A DNA stretch of 64,000 nt from an uncultured Chloroflexia bacterium (GTDB lineage: Bacteria > Chloroflexota > Limnocylindria > Limnocylindrales > CSP1-4): NCBI GenBank assembly GCA_963813305.1, contig CAWEYP010000007.1:67965-131964 (forward strand), written 5' to 3'. Of the stretch, positions 1 through 11,115 are shown piece after piece; the first letter of the stretch is position 1; each line of letters starts with the position of its first letter. Below the pieces are notes generated by a model. That model worked only from the letters and a program-made list of their open reading frames with translations, made no database searches and was not told where the DNA came from. Both the position numbers and the translations under genes were made by a program.

Positions 1-781
1 CTCACCGTGGTCCTGCCCGCCTACAACGAGGAGGCTCGGCTGGGGCCGTCCCTCGACGAGCTGTTCGGCTACCTGCGCCGGCACGGGGAGCAGGGGCGCG
101 ACGGAGCGCCCGGCGCGGCGCGCCTGCCGGACGACCTCCGGGTGCTCGTGGTGGACGACGGCAGCAGCGATGGCACGGCCGACCTGGTCCGGAGCCCGCC
201 CGGAGACCCGGGCGACCACGGCCACCGGCGCCCCGCTGCTGGCGCTCCTCTCCGTCCCCCACGGCGGCAAGGGCGCCGCGGTCCGGGCCGGGATGCTGGC
301 CGCCGAGACCGACCTGGCCATCTTCGCCGACGCGGACATGGCCACCCCGCCCGACCAGCTGCCGCTCCTCGTCGAGGCCCTCCACGAGCACGACCTCGCC
401 CTCGGAAGCCGGATCCAGCCCGACGGCAGCGACATGCGGCGCACGCAGCCGGGGTTCCGCCGCCTCCTTGGCAAGGTGTTCCACGACTTGGCGTCGATCT
501 GGGTCGTCGGTCACGTCCAGGACACGCAGTGCGGGTTCAAGGGCTTCACCCGCGAGGCGGCGCACGACCTCTTCGCCCGGCAGCTGATCACCAGCATCGT
601 CTTCGACGTCGAGCTCATCTACCTCGCCCGGCGTCGCGGCTACGCGATCGCGATCGTCCCCATCCGCTGGTCGGACAAGCGGGGCTCCCGGATGCACCCC
701 GGGCCGCGCCTGGGGGCCGCGGTGGCCTGGGATCTCTTCCGGACGCCGTTCCTGCACCGCCGGGTGCCGCGCCGAGGCTGA
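1..781 (+). CDS. GT2-family polyprenol-phosphate sugar transferase (DPM1/GtrB-like); 5' end lies outside the window; one frame break at about 190-230
   Basis: Frame 1 (VLPAYNEEARL..VVDDGSSDGTADLV) continues in ORF 170..781 (SVPHGGKGAAVRAG, ADADMATPP, DTQCGFKGF, VELIYLARRRGY). These are typical GT2 signatures. TGA at 779-781. Confidence 0.8.
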   Translation, partial: SPWSCPPTTRRLGWGRPSTSCSATCAGTGSRGATERPARRACRTTSGCSWWTTAAAMARPTWSGARPETRATTATGAPLLALLSVPHGGKGAAVRAGMLAAETDLAIFADADMATPPDQLPLLVEALHEHDLALGSRIQPDGSDMRRTQPGFRRLLGKVFHDLASIWVVGHVQDTQCGFKGFTREAAHDLFARQLITSIVFDVELIYLARRRGYAIAIVPIRWSDKRGSRMHPGPRLGAAVAWDLFRTPFLHRRVPRRG

Positions 782-874
782 GCGGCAGAGCCACTCGGCA
801 ATCCGGACGGCGCCGGGCACTGGCCGGTCGATGGGCGACCCGCTCGCGTCGCTTGCCGTAGCCTTGTCGCCGCC

Positions 875-2069
875 GTGATCGAGACCCTTCGCCGCCACCG
901 CGGCCCCGTCGCCCTCGTGGCGGTGCTCATCGCGGCGACCGCCATCTACTGGCTGTCGGCCAGCGGGTTCGACGCCGGGCGGCCGGACCTCTTCTACCTG
1001 GCCGACGCGTTCCTGCACGGCCGGCTCTGGCTGGAGCAGGCCCTCGGACCGTACGACGTGATCATCGTGGGCAACCGCGTCTTCATCCCCTTCGCCCCGT
1101 TCCCCGCGATCGCCTTCATGCCGCTTGTCGCGCTCTTCGGGCCGGATCTGGTCGCGGCCTGGCAGCCGCTGGTCAACGCCGTGCTCGCGGCGGCCGGCCT
1201 GGGGCTCTGCTGGTGGATGCTGGCCCGCATCGGCGTGCGCTCCATCCCGGATCGACTGTGGCTGACGGCACTGTGGGGCTTCAGCACGGCGGTGTGGTTC
1301 ACGACGACACGCGGAGGCGTCTGGCACACCGGCCACCTGGTCGCGTCGATCCTGACCTTCGCGGGGCTCGTGGAGATGTTCGGCCGGCGGCGCCCCGTCC
1401 TGATGGGCCTGCTCTCGGGCGCGGCATTCCTGACCCGTCCCCCGGTGATCGCCGCACTGCCGCTGTGGGCCTGGGCCGCCTTCCCGCCGGAGTGGCGCTC
1501 GCGGCTCCGCTCGACCGTCCGCCCGATCGCCGCGGTCGCGCTCGGTTTCGCCCCGGCCGCCCTCTTCGGCCTCTGGTACAACTGGGCCCGCTTCGGCAGC
1601 CCGCTCGAATTCGGGCTACTTCCTGGCAGCCCTGCCGGCCTTCCTGGAGGCGCAGCGCATGAAGGGGCTGTTCGCCCTGGCGCACCTCCCGATGAACATC
1701 GAGCTCTTCCTGTTGCGGGTGCCCGCCCTGCAGGCGGAGTTCCCGTTCTTCCGGCCGGACGGCATGGGGATGTCAGTCCTGCTCACCAGCCCGGGGCTCC
1801 TGTACGCCCTCCGCGCGCCATTCCGCGACCCCCGGGCGGTGGCCCTCGGGGCGACGTTCCTGCTGGTCCTCCTGCCGAACCTCCTCTACTACGGGGGCGG
1901 CTGGCTCCAGATGGGCTACCGCTATGCCCTCGACGCGATCCCGTTCGCGATCGCCCTGGCCGGGATGGCGGCCGCGCGTCGCGGCCTCCCGTGGTGGGCG
2001 AAGGCGCTCATCGCGTTCGGCGTGGCGGTCGGCGTCGGCAGCGTCTACTGGGCGTACAACCTGCATTAG
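875..2069 (+). CDS. Polytopic GT-C-type glycosyltransferase (ArnT/PMT-like); frame break at GGG near 1612
   Basis: GTG start at 875. ORF 875..2206 has many TM helices up to ..FGSPLEF. It then continues in the frame of ORF 1659..2069 (GYFLAALPAFLEAQRMKGLF..YYGGGWLQMGYRYALD). TAG at 2067-2069. Confidence 0.6.
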
Positions 2070-2168
2070 CCGGCTCGTGCGTCAGACTCCCACCCAGCGG
2101 CCGGTTCCCACACCGGCGCTCCGCTCCCACTGGGGGAGGGGACACCGGGCATCGGGACCCTTCCGGAC

Positions 2169-3038
2169 CTAGCCTGACGCGCTGCTCGGTCTTGACGGCG
2201 ACATGACGAGCCGTGGCAGCGCCGCCAGCATCGCTAGCTCGGGCAGGAACAGGTCCGGGCGGGCAAGCATCATCGCCGGGACGATCGTCCATCGTCGGTC
2301 GCTGCGCGCTCCCCAGGCGACGAGCGCCGCAGCCAGGATGACCCGGAACGCGAGGGGGATCGGCACCATCGACCATCCTTCGCCACGGGTCTGAGCGTTG
2401 TCGATGAGCATCTCCACCCATTGAGCCCACAGCCAAGGCGCGAGCGAAACCGAGATCACGACCAGGATGGCCGTTGCGGCCAGAGCGGCCCCAAGTTGGT
2501 GCCACTCACGGCGAACCGCGAACCACACGAGGCCGACCGCCGGAGACACCTTCGTCAGCAGGGGGATCGCCCAGAGCCCGGCGTACCCGAAACCGAGAAC
2601 CGCCACAAGCGCCATGAGCCACTCGATGTTGCCGTTGATCGTCACTGGCAGGGCCAGGAGAAACAGCGGGGGCCCGAACGCCCAACCGAGCGGAGCTAGC
2701 ATCCAGGACATCGCCACGCAGCCAGCGATGGCGAACAGTGCCCAGAACACAGGCCAGGGCATGAGACTGAGGGGGTAAAGTGCCTGCGCCGCGATCGGGC
2801 TGTACATGAAGTCGTCCGTCGTGAAGACGGCTCCGACGTACAAGGGCCGCCCCACGGTCTCCCAGTACATGTAACGGTCGCCGCCGTTGGCCATCGCTAG
2901 AGCCACCCCAAGGCCGACGATGCCCAGCGCCCACGCCCCTGCGAACAACACAAGCCGGAGGACGGCGTCGCTGGGATGCCGCCGCTCGCCACTGGCGACC
3001 GGCCTCGCCTTCGAGGTTGACCTCGCCAGCGTCGTCAT
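2169..3038 (-). CDS. Polytopic membrane protein, GT87/DUF2029-like (putative mannosyltransferase-type)
   Basis: Intact 289-aa ORF with ATG at 3038 and about 8 hydrophobic helices. The GDRYMYWE..LY..DDFMYSPIAAQALYPL motif resembles the DUF2029 loop. GC is noticeably lower than in the flanking DNA. Confidence 0.5.
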   Translation of the reverse strand: MTTLARSTSKARPVASGERRHPSDAVLRLVLFAGAWALGIVGLGVALAMANGGDRYMYWETVGRPLYVGAVFTTDDFMYSPIAAQALYPLSLMPWPVFWALFAIAGCVAMSWMLAPLGWAFGPPLFLLALPVTINGNIEWLMALVAVLGFGYAGLWAIPLLTKVSPAVGLVWFAVRREWHQLGAALAATAILVVISVSLAPWLWAQWVEMLIDNAQTRGEGWSMVPIPLAFRVILAAALVAWGARSDRRWTIVPAMMLARPDLFLPELAMLAALPRLVMSPSRPSSASG

Positions 3039-3496
3039 CTGGCCTCAAACGGCGGTGCGAGTCGGACCTTCACGGGCGTTCCCTTCCCGCCTCTAGGGGA
3101 GCTTGGGAGCGGAAGCCAGCGACAAAGAGGACGTCAGCCTACCGTACTACTTGGGCAGGACCTTTGGGCCATCCAGCTCGCAGGCACGGTGCGCAGACGC
3201 ACCATTGCCCCGCGGCCTGGCGACGTCACGCTGGCGCCGGCCGTCATGGTCCACCGTGGTCGGACGCTGATCTGCGTCTCCAGCTCAAGATCGCCGCCCG
3301 AATCCTGCCCGTCCCGAGTGGGAGGCGAGCACGATCAGCTGACGCCCGCCGATCCTGCCATCGCCACCCTGTTCACTCGGCCGGAGTGGGTGACGATCTG
3401 CGCGCACTCGCGGACTCCGCAAGGACCGTGTGCAGCAGTCCGGCGACGAACCAGGCCCGCACCGAACGCGTCGCCGCCCGGTGACGGTCCGCCGTC

Positions 3497-4363
3497 TCAG
3501 GGCCGCCAGGTCTCCGTCGTCATCGACAGGTTGCCCACGATGCTCCGGTAGAACTGGCCCGGCCGGCGCGGGTCCAGGAAGCCCTTGGCGCCCGGCGTGC
3601 GGGTCGAATCGAAGGAGCTCCGGTACGTCCACGTCCGGTCGGGGCTGGTCCAGAAGAGCTGGAGCATCGTCTGGCTGCTCCGGAAGAGGCCCCGGATGAT
3701 GTACGAGGCGCTGCCGAGGGTCTCCGCGAAGACCGTCTTCGCGCCCGCCCGGAGGAAGCCCGCGCCGAAGTTGTCGACGCGCCTCTTGGCGGCGTACAGG
3801 CTCGGGTTGGCGTCCCCGGGTTCGGAGCTGCCCGCGGTGTAGCAGGCGTGATTGAAGATCACCACCGCGTTGGGGGCCAGCTTGAGCTGGGTCCGGACGT
3901 AGTACTCGCCGTAGTAGGACGTCCGCGTGTTGCCGCTGCCCAGGGACGGGTTCAGCCCGAGGCCGTCGACCTTGTACGGGTTCAGGGTGGACGAGTAGGG
4001 GTTCGGGAACCCGTTGCCATGGCCCAGGTAGACCAGCAGGTTGGCGCCCTGCACCGCCGACCGGACGCGGCTCCACGTGGCGTTGGGCGTGTAGACCTCG
4101 ACCACGTTCGCGCCGTACGAGCGGGCAAGGGCCGCGTACGTGCGGGCACTGGAGATGTAGCGGCTGGTGAGGGAGCCCGCAGGGCCGACGACGACGGCGA
4201 CCTTGATCCCGGCGGCGGAGGCCGGGGCGGGGGCGGCGGCAAGGGTGCCGGCCGCGAGCAGCGCTGCGAGGAGGGCGACGAGAAGGCCGCGCCGCGGCAT
4301 CCTGCTCGTCGAGGTGGCGTGGGTGGCGGCCGCCCGCAGGGCGACGGTGGCATCGACCGACAT
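3497..4363 (-). CDS. Secreted protein with caspase-fold (clan CD-like) His/Cys dyad candidate
   Basis: ATG at 4363 is preceded by AGGAAGGAG 5 nt upstream. Signal peptide RRGLLVALLAALLAAGTLAAAPAPASAAG. Strand-H-G (LLVYLGHGNG) and strand-C (AVVIFNHACYTAGS) motifs. Confidence 0.6.
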   Translation of the reverse strand: MSVDATVALRAAATHATSTSRMPRRGLLVALLAALLAAGTLAAAPAPASAAGIKVAVVVGPAGSLTSRYISSARTYAALARSYGANVVEVYTPNATWSRVRSAVQGANLLVYLGHGNGFPNPYSSTLNPYKVDGLGLNPSLGSGNTRTSYYGEYYVRTQLKLAPNAVVIFNHACYTAGSSEPGDANPSLYAAKRRVDNFGAGFLRAGAKTVFAETLGSASYIIRGLFRSSQTMLQLFWTSPDRTWTYRSSFDSTRTPGAKGFLDPRRPGQFYRSIVGNLSMTTETWRP

Positions 4364-4632
4364 GAGGCTCCTTCCTACCGGAACGCCACGCTGGGGCGTG
4401 GCGACGATGGGATGCGGCGCCGGATCTGGTGGAGGAGTGACACCCGCTGGGGCGGGCCAACATGGCGGGTCCGGCGCACCCGCCCGTGGTGTCCCGTACC
4501 TTGCCCGATCGATCGCCCCATCCCGCAACCCGCCGGTTGGTACAGGTCGCCCTGCCGGATGGTCCGGTGCGGCGGTGCGCCGCTCACCCGATCCGGCCGT
4601 TGCGCGCGCAACCGGTGCTATCCTCGCCATCA

Positions 4633-5866
4633 ATGACCTCCGCCTCCCGGGACCTCGACCCTCCCTGTCCGCCCACGCCCGCTCCTGCGTCCACCGCAAC
4701 CGAGACCCCCGCCGGTCCCCCGGCGATCCCGGGCACGCTGCGCGCCGTCCGCCGCCCGTTCGACGCCATCGAGCCGGCCGCCTGGGACGCCCTCGCCGCC
4801 GCCTCGCCCTGGGCCACCCCGTTCGCCCGCTGGGGCGTCCATCGCGCCTGGTGGGACGCCTACGGCGCGAACGCCCACGACCAGACGCTGGTCGTCGTGG
4901 ATCCCGCGGCCGGCGACGCCGGGGCACTCGTCGCCATCGTCCCGCTCATGCACCGCCACGAGGTGGAGCCGGACGACGCGATCCTCCGGACGCGCCTGCG
5001 CGGCGACGCCCACCTGCCGTTCACCGCCGTGGCGCCCACGGCGAAGGCCGTCTTCTTCGGGGCCAGCTACCACGTCGACTACGCGACCCTCCTGGCGCGC
5101 CCGGAAGACCTGCCGGCGGTCGCGGAGGCCGCGGTCGAGGCGCTCGCGACGCCCGCCGAGGCCCACGACCCCGACCACCCGGCGCCATGGGACGTGGTTG
5201 ACCTGCGACGGCTCCGCTGCGGAGACCCGGCGGCCGACGCGCTGGCCGGCGCGTTCGGCGCCCGGGCCGGCCGACGGCTGGACGGTCGTCCGCGAGCGCG
5301 AGGAGGTCTGCCCCGTGGTGACCTTCGAGCCCGGCGCCGACTTCGAGGCCTACCTGGGTACGCTGGACAGGAAGGAGCGCCACGAGGTCCGTCGCAAGCT
5401 CCGCCGCGCCGAGGCCGCCGGCGCGGTCCGCCTGGAGCGCTCGATCGACCCGGTGGCCGATCTCGACGTGTTCGTGGACCTCCACCAGAAGCGCTGGGGC
5501 GCCCAGGGGCTCTTTCCACCGACCCCGGGGGGCGGCCAGAGCCGCGCCTTCGTCCGGCGCCTCTTCGAGCTCCTGGCGGGCGACGGGACCTTCCAGCTCC
5601 ACTTCCTGGTCGTGGGCGGGCGCCGGGTCGCGGCCGGCGCCTGGTTCGAGGACGCCGATGCGTGGTACCTCTACAACGCCGGCGTCGACCCCGAGGCGCG
5701 CGACCTCTCGCCCGGCATCCTGATGAGCGCCAAGGCGATCGAGGCGGCGATCCTCGCCGGCCGGCGCCGGTTCGACTACCTCCGCGGCGACGAGCCGTAC
5801 AAGTACGAGTGGGGCGCCGTGGACGAGCCAATCCAGCGCCTCCTCGTCGTGCGAACAGGCGAGTAG
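4633..5866 (+). CDS. CelD/BioF2-like GNAT-fold acyltransferase; frame break near 5260-5270
   Basis: ATG at 4633. ORF 4462..6243 (..WDVVDLRRLRCGDPAADALAGAFGARAG) joins ORF 5198..5866 (DGWTVVRER..FEAYLGTLDRKERHEVRRKLRR..FDYLRGDEPYKYEWGA). Confidence 0.65.
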
Positions 5867-5869
5867 CGA

Positions 5870-7078
5870 ATGGGTGCCCCGCTTCCCGGCGATCCCTGCG
5901 TCAAGCCGAAGGACCGGTCCCCGGTCCCCGGCGGTCGACCGGTGCGCATCGTGGAGCTGCTGGCCACCGGGACGAACGGCGGGGCCCAGGAGCACGTCTA
6001 CTCGCTGCTGTCGCGCCTGGACCGGAGCCGCTACGAGCCGACGGTCATCTCGCTCTCCCACGGGAGCGCCGAGCGCAGGATCGCCCGCCTCGGGATCCCG
6101 GTCCGGGTGATCGACGAGCCCGACGACGCCATCGCGGTCGGGGCGGTCGCCACGCTGATGGCAGACTTCCGCCCGGACGTTCTCCACAACCACATGTACC
6201 GGGCCGAGCTGGTGGGCACGCGGGCCGCGCTGGCCCTGGCTGAGGCCGGTCGCCCTCGCCCGTACATCGTGGGGACCGTCCACTCAAGCCGGCTCCGCTC
6301 GCCGGAGGACCGCGCGGTCCTGCGCGACCTGACGCCGCGGATGGATCACCTGATCGCGGTGAGCCGGGCGATGGAGCGCAAGATCGCCGAGGAGCGCCCC
6401 AGCGACGTCCCGGTCTCGCTCATCTACAACGGCGTGGACCTCGTCCGCTACGACCACACCGACCCGTGCTGCACGCTCCCCGAGGAGTACGGCATGCCCG
6501 CGGAGGCGCAGATCGCAGGCGTCGTCGCGCGGCTCGAGCACGAGAAGGGCCATCCGACGCTCCTCGACGCCTGGCCGCGGGTGCTCCGCCGCGTGCCGAA
6601 CGCGTGGCTCCTGGTCGTTGGGGAGGGGAGTCGACGCGAAGAGCTGGAGGCGCAGGCGGCGTCCCTCGGCATCGCCGAGCGGGTCGTCTTCACCGGCCGG
6701 CGCGACGACGTGCCGGCCGTGACGGCGGCCCTCGACGTGGCCGTGCTGCCCTCGTACCGCGAGGCCCAGGGCCTCACGATCCTGGAGGCGATGGCACTGT
6801 CGCGCCCGGTGGTCGCCTCGGCCGTCGGCGGCATCCCGGAGATGATCGAGGACGGCCGGACCGGCCTCCTGGTCCCGCCGCACGACCCGGAGGCGCTGGC
6901 CGGGGCGATCATCCGCCTGCTGACGGACCACGCCTACGCCGACATGCTGGCGAAGGGCGGCCACGACCTGGTCCACGAGCGATTCTGCGTCGAGCTGATG
7001 GTCTTCGCCGTCGAGGAGATCTACGACGAGGGCGCCCGCGCGGTCCGACCCTCCGAGCTGGTGGCCGCGGCCGTCTGA
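5870..7078 (+). CDS. GT4-family glycosyltransferase
   Basis: Intact 402-aa ORF. ARLEHEKG, VVGEGSRREELE, LPSYREAQGLTILEAMALSRPVVASAVGGIPEMIEDGRTGLLV (EX7E-type GT4 C-terminal motif). Confidence 0.85.
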   Translation: MGAPLPGDPCVKPKDRSPVPGGRPVRIVELLATGTNGGAQEHVYSLLSRLDRSRYEPTVISLSHGSAERRIARLGIPVRVIDEPDDAIAVGAVATLMADFRPDVLHNHMYRAELVGTRAALALAEAGRPRPYIVGTVHSSRLRSPEDRAVLRDLTPRMDHLIAVSRAMERKIAEERPSDVPVSLIYNGVDLVRYDHTDPCCTLPEEYGMPAEAQIAGVVARLEHEKGHPTLLDAWPRVLRRVPNAWLLVVGEGSRREELEAQAASLGIAERVVFTGRRDDVPAVTAALDVAVLPSYREAQGLTILEAMALSRPVVASAVGGIPEMIEDGRTGLLVPPHDPEALAGAIIRLLTDHAYADMLAKGGHDLVHERFCVELMVFAVEEIYDEGARAVRPSELVAAAV

Positions 7079-7104
7079 CCGACGTCGGGGCCTCGTGTCC
7101 CGGG

Positions 7105-8107
7105 CTACCGTGGCAGGGCCGGCGGCGCCGTTGCCTCCTCGAGAGAAGCACGACCCGGACCCTCGAGCCAGCGGGCCGTCGAGGCCAGTCCCTGCGTCAG
7201 CGTGACCTGGGGCGCCCAGTGGAGCATCCGCCGGATCTTCTCGATGTTGACGACGCGCCGGCGGATGTTGTCGATGTCACGCCGGTCGATGTGACGGATC
7301 GTGACGTCCGCGCCGATCGATGCGGCAACGCCGGCGGCCAGGCTGTTGACCGACGTCTCGATCCCGGTGCCAACGTTGAAGACCTCGCCCTCAGCACGCG
7401 GATGAACCGCCGCGAGCAGGGTCGCATCGACCGCATCGTCGACGTACGTGAAGTCGCGAGTCTGTTCGCCGTCGCCGTGGATCGTGAGCGGTTCCCCCGA
7501 CATCGCCGAGGCGAAGAACTTGCTGACGACACCGCAGTACGGGTTGTCCGGGCGCTGGCCCACCCCGAACACGTTGCTGTAGCGGACGACCCCGACCGGC
7601 AACCCGTAGCTCTCGTAGAACGCGAGCGCGTAGTTCTCCCCGCCCAGCTTGCTGACGGCGTAGGGAGAGAGGAGGACGATGCCGTCGTCCTCGTTGATCG
7701 GGATCGTGCGCGGGTTGCCGTACACCGACGTCGAGGACGTGTAGACGACCCGGTCGGGACGGCTCTCGCGGGCCGCCATCAGGACGTTGAGGGTGCCCCC
7801 GATGTTCGTCTCGTAGTCGTCCCGCGGGTTCTTCGTGCTCGCGATGATGTTCCGGGCCGCCATGTGGAAGACGAGGGAGTGGGCCGCCACGAGCTCCTGC
7901 ACGAGCGCCGCGTCCGTGACGGATCCCTCGACGAACTGGGCGCCCGTCGGGATCGTCTCCGACCTTGCCGGTGAACAGGTCATCGAGGACCGTCACGCGG
8001 GCCCCCATGTCGACCAGCCGCCGGACGAGGGCCCCGCCGACGAAGCCCGCGCCTCCGGTGACCAGCACACGGCGCCCGCCGAGGGCCCGTTCGACCGAGA
8101 GCGTCAT
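7105..8107 (-). CDS. NAD-dependent NDP-sugar epimerase/dehydratase (GalE-like SDR); frame break near 7964
   Basis: ATG at 8107 overlaps the upstream stop (ATGA). RVLVTGGAGFVGGALVRRL (Rossmann GxxGxxG) joins ORF 7105..7983 (YTSSTSVYG, YAVSKLGGE = YxxxK). Confidence 0.85.
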
Positions 8108-8827
8108 CGTTTCACCCCGAATCGCAGCAGGACGGCCGGCCGGAAGAGCCGCCACCAGTCGCGGATCCCCCGCATCTTCGTATACCCCTCGCCGGTGTGG
8201 TAGCGGACAGTACACGGGACCTCGACCACGCGGTAGCCGCGCCGGATGGCCTTGTACAGGACGTACGGCTCCAGGTCGTAGCTGGTGAGCCAGGCCTGGT
8301 CGAGGTCGAGTCGCGGGGTCGCGCAGGATCTCCGTGCGCAGGATCCGGAAGCCGTTCGTCGCATCGGTGATCCGCTTCCCGGCCAGGAGGCTGAAGATCG
8401 CGGAATAGACACGGGTGCCGAACCCGCGCCCGCCCGTCGGGCCCTCCACCCGGCCGCCGGCCATCCACCGGGATCCCTGCACGTAGTCGGCCCCGGCGGC
8501 GAGGAGCGCCTCGAACGCCGGCAGGAGCTCGGCCGGCTCGTGCTGATCGTCACCGGAGAGCAGGGCGACATAGGCGCGATCTCGCTCGACGGCCGCCCGC
8601 CACCCGTCGCGGATCGCCGCTCCGACCCCCCCGCGGATCTCGTGCCGCAGGACGAGCGCGGCCCCATGGGCCCGTGCCTCGTCGCCCGTCCCGTCGGTCG
8701 ACCCGTCGTCCACCACGATCGCCTCGAAGCGCCCGTCGCGCGGCATCTTGTCGAGGACACGGCCGATCTTCCCGGCTTCGTTGAGAGCCGGGATCACGAC
8801 CGCGACGATGGGCTCGGCAGGCAGCAC
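8104..8827 (-). CDS. GT2-family glycosyltransferase (DPM1-like); frame break at GGGG near 8315
   Basis: GTG at 8827 with GAGGAG 4 nt upstream. VAVVIPALNEAGKIG..IVVDDGSTDGT..SGDDQH..NGFRILRTEILRDP joins ORF 8104..8760 (RLDLDQAWLTSYDLEPYVLYKAIRRGYRVVEVP). Confidence 0.8.
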
Positions 8828-9095
8828 TCATCTCCTCGGATGGGGAGGCACGTGTCCACCGTGCCCGGACTCGGCTCCGTGCGCTACAGCCGAATCCGGA
8901 CCGTTGCGGGACCTGCCCCGGTCGTGCGATATCAGGGGCGGCACCGCCGGTCCCGGCGCAGCGAGCGGCGGCCGCTCCGCTCGTCGCTCACGCGTCGCGT
9001 ACGAACGGGCTAGTGACGCGTGGCGCTCCGCTGCTAGAGTCGGCCCGTCGAGAACCCGCATCGGCCAACCCGTGAGCTTCCCCGCCAACGACGTC

Positions 9096-10126
9096 ATGCG
9101 TCCCCGCGACACTCGCCTGCTCCGCCTGTTCGGTCTCGCGACGAGCTTCGGCGCCGTCCTGTTGCTGGTCGCCACGCTGGACGTGCGCGCCGCGCTGGCG
9201 GTGCTCGGGAGTGCCCACCTGCTGCCGCTGCTGGCCGTCCTGCCCGTCGTCGCGGCACAGGTCGTCGTGCGGGCCCTTCGGTGGCGCCTCCTCCTGCTGC
9301 GGCGTCCCGACGGCTCACGACCGCGCCTCTCCCGAACGACGACGGCACTCCTGATCGGGTACGTCGGGAACGCCACCCTGCCTGCCCGGCTCGGCGAGCC
9401 CATCCGGGCGATGGTGATCGCGCGGACCGAGCGGCTTCCCGCCGGGGAGCATTCGGATCCGTCGTGCTCGAGCGAGTGGTCGACATGGCCGCCCTGGCCA
9501 CGGTCGGGCTGTGTGCAGCGATCGCCGTCGGCGCGCCCGCCTGGATCGTCAACCTCGGTGTATTCGTCGCCCTCGTCGGCCTGGGTCTCCTCCTCCTGCT
9601 CTCCACGTCGGGTCTCGACCCGTTCGTCGCCTTCGCTGAGCGGGTGGCGGCCCGGCTGCCGGATCGAGGCCGCAGGACAGCCTCGTGGGCAATCGCGCGG
9701 ACGCGGTCGTTCGCCGACGGGGTCTCGGGCCACCGGCGACGGCCCGACGTGGCAGGTGCCGCCGTCCTCTCGGTGCTCGCATGGCTGCTGGACGGGCTCA
9801 TCTTCTGGATCGTCGGCCAGGCGATCGGCCTGCCGCTCGGTGCCGGCGAGGCGCTGGTGATCTCCACTGTCGGCGCCCTGGCGACCGCCATCCCCTCCGC
9901 CCCCGGGTTCCTCGGGACATTCGAGGTCGCGGTGGCAGCAGCAGCGGCCGTCTTCGGGGCGACGGGCGCGCAGGCGCTCGCGCTCGCGCTCGCCACGCAC
10001 GCGATCGTGCTCGGGCCGATCCTCATCGCCGGAGTCGTGGCGCTCGCGCGTGCGGGCCTGACGCTCGGCTCCCTGTCCGGAACGGCAGCCGACCCCGCGC
10101 TCGACGGAGCGGCCGCGCATCCGTGA
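9096..10126 (+). CDS. UPF0104 / lysyl-PG-synthase-TM-region-like flippase-type membrane protein; frame break near 9445
   Basis: ORF 8748..9860 (RALRWRLLL..LIGYVGNATLPARLGEPIRAMVIAR) joins ORF 9281..10126 (AFGSVVLERVVDM..IPSAPGFLGTFEVA). GTG 9072 is an alternative start. Confidence 0.65.
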
Positions 10127-11115
10127 CGACCACGGCTCGGTCGCGGACCCGGCGGGTGGCGCGGGTGCTGCTGCCTGCCACGGCCCTGGGGCTCCTGGGC
10201 GTCTTCCTGCTGCTGTACTTCGAGCGGGGGTTCGTCCCGGGCGACTCGTTCACCTACCTGGCAGCCGGCGAGCGGCTGAACGCCGGCCATCCTCTCTACG
10301 CGCTCTCACCGGGCGACCGGCCCGTCGAGCTCCATCCGCCCTACTGGACGGCGCCGCTCCTCTCGCCTCCATTCATCGCGGTCCTGTGGCGACCGCTCGC
10401 GGCGCTGCCGTCGGAGCTCGGCGTCTACGCCTGGTGGGCCGGCGCCATCACGTGCCTTGCAGTCGTCCTGGGTGCCTTGATGGGCCGGCGGCGCCTGCTG
10501 ACGTCGGTCGCCATCCTCGCGCTCGTCGTCCCGCTGACCTACGAGATCGGCGTCGGGAACGTCAACGCCTACCTGCTTGCCGGCGCCGTGGCCGTCTGGC
10601 TCCTGGCCCGGGGCGGGACGACCCTGGCAGCCGGGCCCATCGCGGCGGTCATGACCGCGGTCAAGCTGACGCCGATCCCGCTCGCCGCGTGGGTCATCGG
10701 GATCGACGGTCGCCGAGGTCTGGCAGGCGTCCTGGCCGGTCTCGCCGTCTGTGGCCTGATCAGCCTCGCCGGCGCCGGTCTCGACGCGCATGTCGAGTTC
10801 CTGGCCGTGGCGCGCGCGACGGGGACGACCGGCCTGACGGAGTTCTCCCTCGGCGGCCTCGCCCGGTCCGTGGGGCTGCCCGATCCGATCCCGACGCTCG
10901 TTCCGACGGCGCTCCTCCTGGGTGCAGCCGTGGTCGCGGCGCTGCTGCCTCGACGGGGGCACCCGGCCGCGGGGTACGCGGCCGCGATCCTTGGATGGAC
11001 GTTCGGAACGGCCGTGCTGAACGTGAACACGCTGGTGCTCCTGGTCGCGCTCCTCGCGCCGATCGCCTGGCCGTGGAGGACGGCGGGCCCGGACGCAGTC
11101 CTCCAGCCCGCATGA
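10123..11115 (+). CDS. GT87/DUF2029-like polytopic membrane glycosyltransferase
   Basis: GTG at 10123 overlaps the upstream TGA (GTGA). GDSFTYLAAGERLNAGHPLYAL..PPYWTAPLLSPPF..VKLTPIPLAAW. Intact 330 codons. Confidence 0.6.
   Translation: MTTTARSRTRRVARVLLPATALGLLGVFLLLYFERGFVPGDSFTYLAAGERLNAGHPLYALSPGDRPVELHPPYWTAPLLSPPFIAVLWRPLAALPSELGVYAWWAGAITCLAVVLGALMGRRRLLTSVAILALVVPLTYEIGVGNVNAYLLAGAVAVWLLARGGTTLAAGPIAAVMTAVKLTPIPLAAWVIGIDGRRGLAGVLAGLAVCGLISLAGAGLDAHVEFLAVARATGTTGLTEFSLGGLARSVGLPDPIPTLVPTALLLGAAVVAALLPRRGHPAAGYAAAILGWTFGTAVLNVNTLVLLVALLAPIAWPWRTAGPDAVLQPA

Noticed and set aside
2-1336. Very long ORFs antisense to, or out of frame with, conserved genes. Examples: 2..1336 (-), 8828..10120 (-), 15542..17107 (+), 32080..35316 (+), 57847..59688 (-), and the 5' parts of 47241..49571 (-) and 56081..58633 (-).
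   Set aside because: Their translations are monotonous Arg/Pro/Gly/Ala strings. They lie opposite or overlapping clearly recognisable genes. At this GC content stop codons are rare in every frame, so ORF length alone is not evidence of coding.
3039-3496. Unassigned stretches of about 450 nt (also 41606-42035 and 15857-16299) with slightly lower GC and short ORFs. One example is a LALILDRLERLVAQ-like fragment near 41950 on the minus strand.
   Set aside because: No frame gives a recognisable domain or a start with an RBS. They may be degraded gene remnants or UTRs, but I cannot support a feature.
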